Shown in pieces: positions 59,270 to 64,000 of a stretch of 64,000 nt of DNA. Under the pieces are notes generated by a model. The model was not told where the DNA came from, searched no databases, and saw nothing but the letters and a program-made list of their open reading frames with translations. The position numbers were made by a program, and so were the translations under genes. The stretch's first letter is position 1. Every line of letters starts with the position of its first letter. Source of the DNA: Prosthecobacter sp. (lineage in GTDB: Bacteria > Verrucomicrobiota > Verrucomicrobiia > Verrucomicrobiales > Verrucomicrobiaceae); the NCBI RefSeq assembly GCF_021733925.1, contig NZ_JAIPJY010000022.1. The stretch is one strand, 5' to 3'.

Positions 59270-59342
59270 AATACATGCGCTGGATTGGCGGATGTCTGCT
59301 GCGTTTGAGAAAGCTTAATCGGCCCTTATATTTGTTGATGCG

Positions 59343-62300
59343 TCAGCCTTTGGTGATGCACTCGTCGAGATTGAGGATGGCGCTGGCGACGGCGTACCAG
59401 GCGGCGAATTCGGCGGGGGGGAGGTTTTTGGGGAGTTCGAGGCCGGTGGTGAGCTCTTTGGTGGCGGGGGCGTCTGCTTTGGCGGATTCGAACTGGGTTT
59501 CCCAGAGGGTTTTGAGGACGGCGAGTTCCTGCGGCTGTGCGGAGCGGGAGAGGGCGAGGCGGAAGGCGTGGCGGAGGCGGGAATCGAGGTCGGTGCTGGG
59601 GGATTCGGCGACGATGCGTTTGGCGAAGGCCTGGGTGGCTTCCACGTAAACGGGATCGTTGAGCAGGGTGAGAGCCTGCAGGGGGGTGTTGCTGCGGGAG
59701 CGGCGGACGACGCAGGCCATGCGGGCGCTGGCGTCGAAATTCATGAAGCTGGGATAGGGTGAGCCGCGCTTGAGAACGACGTAGAGGCCGCGGCGGTACT
59801 GCTCGGCTCCGGGACTGACGACGTAGTTGTACTGCTGGCCGCCGACTTTCTTCCAGAGGCCTTCGGGCTGAGGTGGGCGGATGGGGGTGCCGCCCTGTTT
59901 GAGATTGAGGAGACCGGCGATGGCGAGGGCGTTGTCGCGGATGGCTTCGGCATCGAGCCGGAAACGAGGGGAATGCCAGAGGAGGGAGTTGGAGGGGTCG
60001 AGGGAGGAGGCGGAGGGATTTATGATTTTTGATTTATGATTTATGATTTCCGGAGGCGGAGCCTGGGTGGCCAAAGCGGGGATGGAGCTGGTTTGTTGAT
60101 AGGTGGCGCTGAGGACGATTTTTTTGAGGAGGTGCTTCATGTCCCAGCCGCTGTCGATGAACTCGGTGGCGAGCCAGTCGAGGAGTTCGGGGTGGGTGGG
60201 GGGTGCGCCTTTGATGCCGAAGTCTTCGAGGGTGGAGACGATGCCGGTGCCGAAGAGTTCGGCCCACCAGCGGTTGACGGTGACGCGGGCGACGAGGGGA
60301 TTTTCGCGACTGACGAGCCATTTGGCGAGGGTGATGCGATTGGGCGGGCCTTTGAGCGGGGTGTTGAAGATGGCGGGGACGGCGGCGGTGACGGGATCGG
60401 CGGGATCGGTGTAAACGCCGCGTTTGAAGATGGCGCTCATGCGCGGCTGGGGCAGTTCGCGCATGACCTCGGAGGTGGGAGGGGCGAGGGCAGTGATCTG
60501 CTTTTGCAGTGCGAGTTTCTGCTTTTCGAGATTGGCGAGTGCGGGGTCTTTGGAAAGCGGTGCGGGTGCGGCTTTGCCTTTGCGATCTTTTTTGGCGACG
60601 GGTGCGGGCTCCTCCACTTCGGGCAGGCAGGAAGCGACATTTCCTGTGATGCTGGAGATGCGCAGGCAGCCGATGACGAGGCCGTTGCCGAAATTTTGCG
60701 CCATGTGAATGCTGAGCTTTGTACCAGCGGCGATGGTCACAGGCTGCTTGAGTTCGAATGCGGCCCAGTGCGGTTCATGAAAACGCTGGCCGATGGCCCA
60801 CGCGCTTTTGCCGGTCTTGGTGACCAGGCTGGTGACTTCGTAGCCTTTTTGCGAGTAGTCGGCGTAGGCGGTCTTGAAGATCAGCGGCTGCGTTTTGCCG
60901 TCGGGGGTGGTGAGGGTGCAGTCGAAGGAGTGGAGGACGAAGTTGGGGCGATTGACCCCTCCCCTGCCCGGCCCATCGCCGGGGATGGAGGTGTGGGTGA
61001 GGGTGTCGAGCATGAGGCCGCTGAGCTCTCCGGCGCTGAGTTCGGTTTCGAAGGTGTAGGTGTCTTTGTCGGGCACAGAGCCGGTGAGAAGGACGCTGCC
61101 ATCGGGCTGGAGTTCGGACTCGGCTTCGCTCTCGGTGATGAAGGTGGTGGGCTTGAGGGGTTTGAGGGCGTTTGATGAGGCGATTTTGTCTGCGGGTGCG
61201 CCGGTGGTGGCGAGCTGATTTTGGCGGGCTGATATTTGCGCCACCAGGGTTCTCATTTGAGCTGCGAGCTGCTGGCGCTGAGCTTCGCCTGCGGGGTCGC
61301 TGAGTTTGTAGGGCGAGCCTTGGAACTGGATGGAGCCGGGGGTCTTGGGGTTGGTGCGCTCGGCCTCTTTCTCGGTGTTGTTGTAGTAGGCGAGGAGTGA
61401 GTAGTAGTCGCGCTGGCTGATGGGGTCGTATTTGTGATTGTGGCACTGGGCGCATTCGAGCGTGGTCCCGAGCCAGACGGCGCCGGTGGTGTTGACACGG
61501 TCAATGACCTGATTGATGCGGCTTTCCTCGGGCTCGGTGCCGGCTTCGACGTTGGTGGGGGTGCAGCGATGAAAGCCGGTGGCGATGATTTGTTCAGGGG
61601 TGGCGTTGGGCAGGAGATCGCCGGCGATTTGTTCGAGGGTGAACTGGTCGAAGGGCATGTTGGCATTGAGCGCATTGACGACCCAGTCGCGCCATGCCCA
61701 GACTTCGCGCAGGTCATCGCGCTGAAAGCCATGTGAGTCCGCGTAGCGAGCGAGATCGAGCCAGGGGCGGGCCCAGCGAACGCCGAATTGCTGCGAGGCG
61801 AGGAGGCGGGTGGCTAGATGCTCGATGCTGGATGCTGGATTCTTGGAGTGCTCTTTGAGGAAGGCATCGACTTCGGCGGGAGTGGGGGGGAGGCCGGTGA
61901 GATCGAGGGTGAGGCGGCGGATGAGGGTTTCGGGAGTGGCGGGGGGAGATGGGGAGAGCTGTGAGGCTTCGAGTTTGGCAAGGATGAAGCGGTCGATCTC
62001 GTTCTTGGGCCATGCCTGGTTTTTGACAGAAGGGAGAGCGGGGCGCTGCGGGGGGAGGTAGCTCCAGTGCTGGTGGGTTTCGAGCTTGTCGGGCCACTGG
62101 GCACCGGCGGTGATCCAAGCGCGGAGGTGGTCGATCTCGGTGGCGGTGAGGCGATTGCCGCGTTTGGGCATGGCCTCTTTGTTTTCTTTTGGCAGGGCGA
62201 CGCGGCGGAGGAGATCGGTGCCGATTTTGAGGTGCTGAGGCGAGGCGGCGTCAAGGCGGAGGTCGCCTTTGTGTTTTTCAGGGCCGTGGCACTCGAAGCA

Positions 62301-62399
62301 GGCGCGCTGGAGGACGGGATAGACATCGCGGGAGAAGTCGGTGCCTGCGGCGTGAAGAGTGGCTGTGGTGAGCAGCGCGATGAGGGCGAAGCGAAGCAT
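59343..62399 (-). CDS. Planctomycete-type cytochrome c / DUF1549 / DUF1553 (PSD1) protein
   Basis: ACFECHG, WLDLARYADS, TLEQIAGDL, LECAQCHNHKYDP, RVTVNRWW, RLDAEAIRD, NTPLQALTLLN. Confidence 0.95.
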   Translation of the reverse strand: MLRFALIALLTTATLHAAGTDFSRDVYPVLQRACFECHGPEKHKGDLRLDAASPQHLKIGTDLLRRVALPKENKEAMPKRGNRLTATEIDHLRAWITAGAQWPDKLETHQHWSYLPPQRPALPSVKNQAWPKNEIDRFILAKLEASQLSPSPPATPETLIRRLTLDLTGLPPTPAEVDAFLKEHSKNPASSIEHLATRLLASQQFGVRWARPWLDLARYADSHGFQRDDLREVWAWRDWVVNALNANMPFDQFTLEQIAGDLLPNATPEQIIATGFHRCTPTNVEAGTEPEESRINQVIDRVNTTGAVWLGTTLECAQCHNHKYDPISQRDYYSLLAYYNNTEKEAERTNPKTPGSIQFQGSPYKLSDPAGEAQRQQLAAQMRTLVAQISARQNQLATTGAPADKIASSNALKPLKPTTFITESEAESELQPDGSVLLTGSVPDKDTYTFETELSAGELSGLMLDTLTHTSIPGDGPGRGGVNRPNFVLHSFDCTLTTPDGKTQPLIFKTAYADYSQKGYEVTSLVTKTGKSAWAIGQRFHEPHWAAFELKQPVTIAAGTKLSIHMAQNFGNGLVIGCLRISSITGNVASCLPEVEEPAPVAKKDRKGKAAPAPLSKDPALANLEKQKLALQKQITALAPPTSEVMRELPQPRMSAIFKRGVYTDPADPVTAAVPAIFNTPLKGPPNRITLAKWLVSRENPLVARVTVNRWWAELFGTGIVSTLEDFGIKGAPPTHPELLDWLATEFIDSGWDMKHLLKKIVLSATYQQTSSIPALATQAPPPEIINHKSKIINPSASSLDPSNSLLWHSPRFRLDAEAIRDNALAIAGLLNLKQGGTPIRPPQPEGLWKKVGGQQYNYVVSPGAEQYRRGLYVVLKRGSPYPSFMNFDASARMACVVRRSRSNTPLQALTLLNDPVYVEATQAFAKRIVAESPSTDLDSRLRHAFRLALSRSAQPQELAVLKTLWETQFESAKADAPATKELTTGLELPKNLPPAEFAAWYAVASAILNLDECITKG

Positions 62400-62834
62400 G
62401 CTTCTGTATGAACGAGGCGCGGAGGGCAGACTTTCGGGATCTGGAGGGGGGAGCGTGTTCTGGAGCCACTGATTTACACCGCAGAGCACCTTAACTCAAG
62501 CTGGCTTGATTGTGGAACGCAAGGTAACTGTCGGGAGTTTGCTTGGGCGTCGTATGCGCGAACTAAGTTTCCAGATTCCGGCTAAAGCCGGTACTACAAA
62601 ACATGCGCTGGCTGATTTTAGATCTGGGGTGATGTGGGGCTTCCGGAACGGGCTAAAGCCCGAACTACGTACTCAGAATAGCCGGGAGAGTTATTCGGGA
62701 GATTCGGAGAACGCAGAGAATATCTTTGAACTCGGAGCTTTGTGGTTTTGTGTTGAAGTGGATAGGCTGGGAGGATTTGCAGGGTCTCTTTTTGGCAAAG
62801 GAATGGTGGGCAAAGGCGGTCAAAGAATGGCGGC

Positions 62835-63320
62835 ACCAGCCCGCTGATCCCAAGGCCAGGGCGCGTCGTCACATCGTGGTGCGCAAGCAGATCAGCCGCC
62901 GGCCGCTGGCTGGAGGCAAGCTGCTCTTTGAGGATCTGCCCGACTACCGCCTCAGCCTGCATGTGACCAATCTCGACCTGCCGCTCGATCAGATTTGGAA
63001 GATCTACAACAGCCGGGCCGATTGCGAAAACCGCATCCGGGAGTTGAAGCAGGACTTCTGGGCCACTGAGGCGTTGTTCCGTTTTATCATAGTGGCCTAC
63101 AACCTGATGAGCCTGTTCCGGCATTTTGGGCTCAACAGTCACAACCAGGCTACTTTGGCGACGCTGCGATCCTATTGCTTGGCAACAGGCGGCTGGGTCA
63201 GCCAGCACGCCCGCAAGCGAGTGCTTCACTGCCCCGCAAAAAACGCCCCTGGATGGACTCCATCTTCAGCCAAATTGAAGCCCGCCCCCACCGTTTAGCA
63301 ATTCCAATGCATACTCCGGG
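62835..63320 (+). mobile_element. IS1380-family transposase remnant (3' part only, frameshifted) with probable right end
   Basis: ARRHIVVRK, VTNL, YNSRADCENRIRELK, WATEA..AYNL; frame change before RKKRPWMD; TGCATACTCCGGG at 63308-63320 as candidate end. Confidence 0.78.
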
Positions 63321-63655
63321 TTTATTCAGTGATTTCCTAGCTCGGAGTGGCAGGGGATGGCGGACCGCCGCACAGGGGATTGCTTTGGCGCGCTTCGCGA
63401 GGTGCGGACCCCTTTGCTGGTGCAGATAGCATTTTAAATTATTTTATAGCCTTCTGGGCTCATTACATCATACGAGCACAAAGCCAACCCCTCTCCCCGA
63501 AGAAAAGGATTCGATGTCTTCAGTTCGCATGGAGGTGAGAACGCGGGCACCCCGCCGCGCCCTCGCACCGTGATCACACACCGCTCCAATACCACCCACT
63601 CCCGCCACCCTTCTTTCCTTGCATTCCCCGGCAAGCGGTGAACCATCCGCGCCAT

Positions 63656-64000
63656 ATGGCGAAGGTGACTCTCGGCCTGGTTCAAAGCCGGGCATTCTCA
63701 AGCAAAGACGAAAGCGTGCAGCAGCATGAACGGCTCATCCGTGATGCGGCGGCCCGTGGCGCGCAGATCATTTGCCTGCAGGAGCTCTTCAACACGCCCT
63801 ACTTCTGCATCACGCAGGACACGGAACTTTTTAACCTCGCCGAAGCCGTTCCCGGCCCCACCACCGACAGACTGGCCCCGCTCGCCAAGGAACTCGGCGT
63901 CGTCATCATCGTCCCACTCTTCGAAAAGCGCGCCCCCGGCCTCTACCACAACACCGCCGCCGTCATCGACGCCGACGGCACCGTGATGGGCAAGTACCGC
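63656..64000 (+). CDS. Carbon-nitrogen hydrolase (nitrilase superfamily; AguB/beta-ureidopropionase-like), 3' end outside the window
   Basis: MAKVTLGLVQ, GAQIICLQELF..YFC, PLFEKRAPGLYHNTAAVIDADG..GKYR. Confidence 0.9.
   Translation, partial: MAKVTLGLVQSRAFSSKDESVQQHERLIRDAAARGAQIICLQELFNTPYFCITQDTELFNLAEAVPGPTTDRLAPLAKELGVVIIVPLFEKRAPGLYHNTAAVIDADGTVMGKYR

Noticed and set aside
1-64000. tRNA, rRNA, integrase or intact transposase genes
   Set aside because: None recognised by eye; a tRNAscan/Infernal run would be needed to exclude atypical RNAs.

Overview
64 kb of GC-rich bacterial chromosome, most likely Verrucomicrobia (Prosthecobacter-like). This taxonomy is inferred from gene content (PEP-CTERM protein, DUF1549/DUF1553 cytochrome-c protein, sulfatases, WD40 Ser/Thr kinase), not from a marker gene. 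Left 43 kb: housekeeping and accessory genes (tkt, metK, galT, hisG, fmt, adk, ymdB, an SDR-shikimate kinase fusion, a SNF2 helicase), a BlaI/M56 sensor pair with a palindromic operator, a 9-gene fatty-acid modification operon resembling the furan-fatty-acid pathway, a 34-aa bS22-like ORF missing from the ORF track, and a frameshifted PEP-CTERM surface protein. Right 21 kb: intergenic spaces packed with non-coding repeats (about 195-bp and 460-bp tandem units, co-oriented GTAG-type REP palindromes, heptamer arrays, paired short inverted motifs, a TIR-bounded element, an IS1380 remnant). The most striking pattern is that three unrelated genes (NusG paralog, ABC-F, Cu-ATPase) are each followed by a short repeat insert and then a second, diverged copy of their own 3' end, with differences mostly at synonymous positions. 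This suggests an uncharacterised mechanism that adds small cassettes at gene ends. No rRNA, tRNA, CRISPR array, cas gene or intact transposase/recombinase was seen. All calls are by eye, without database searches.
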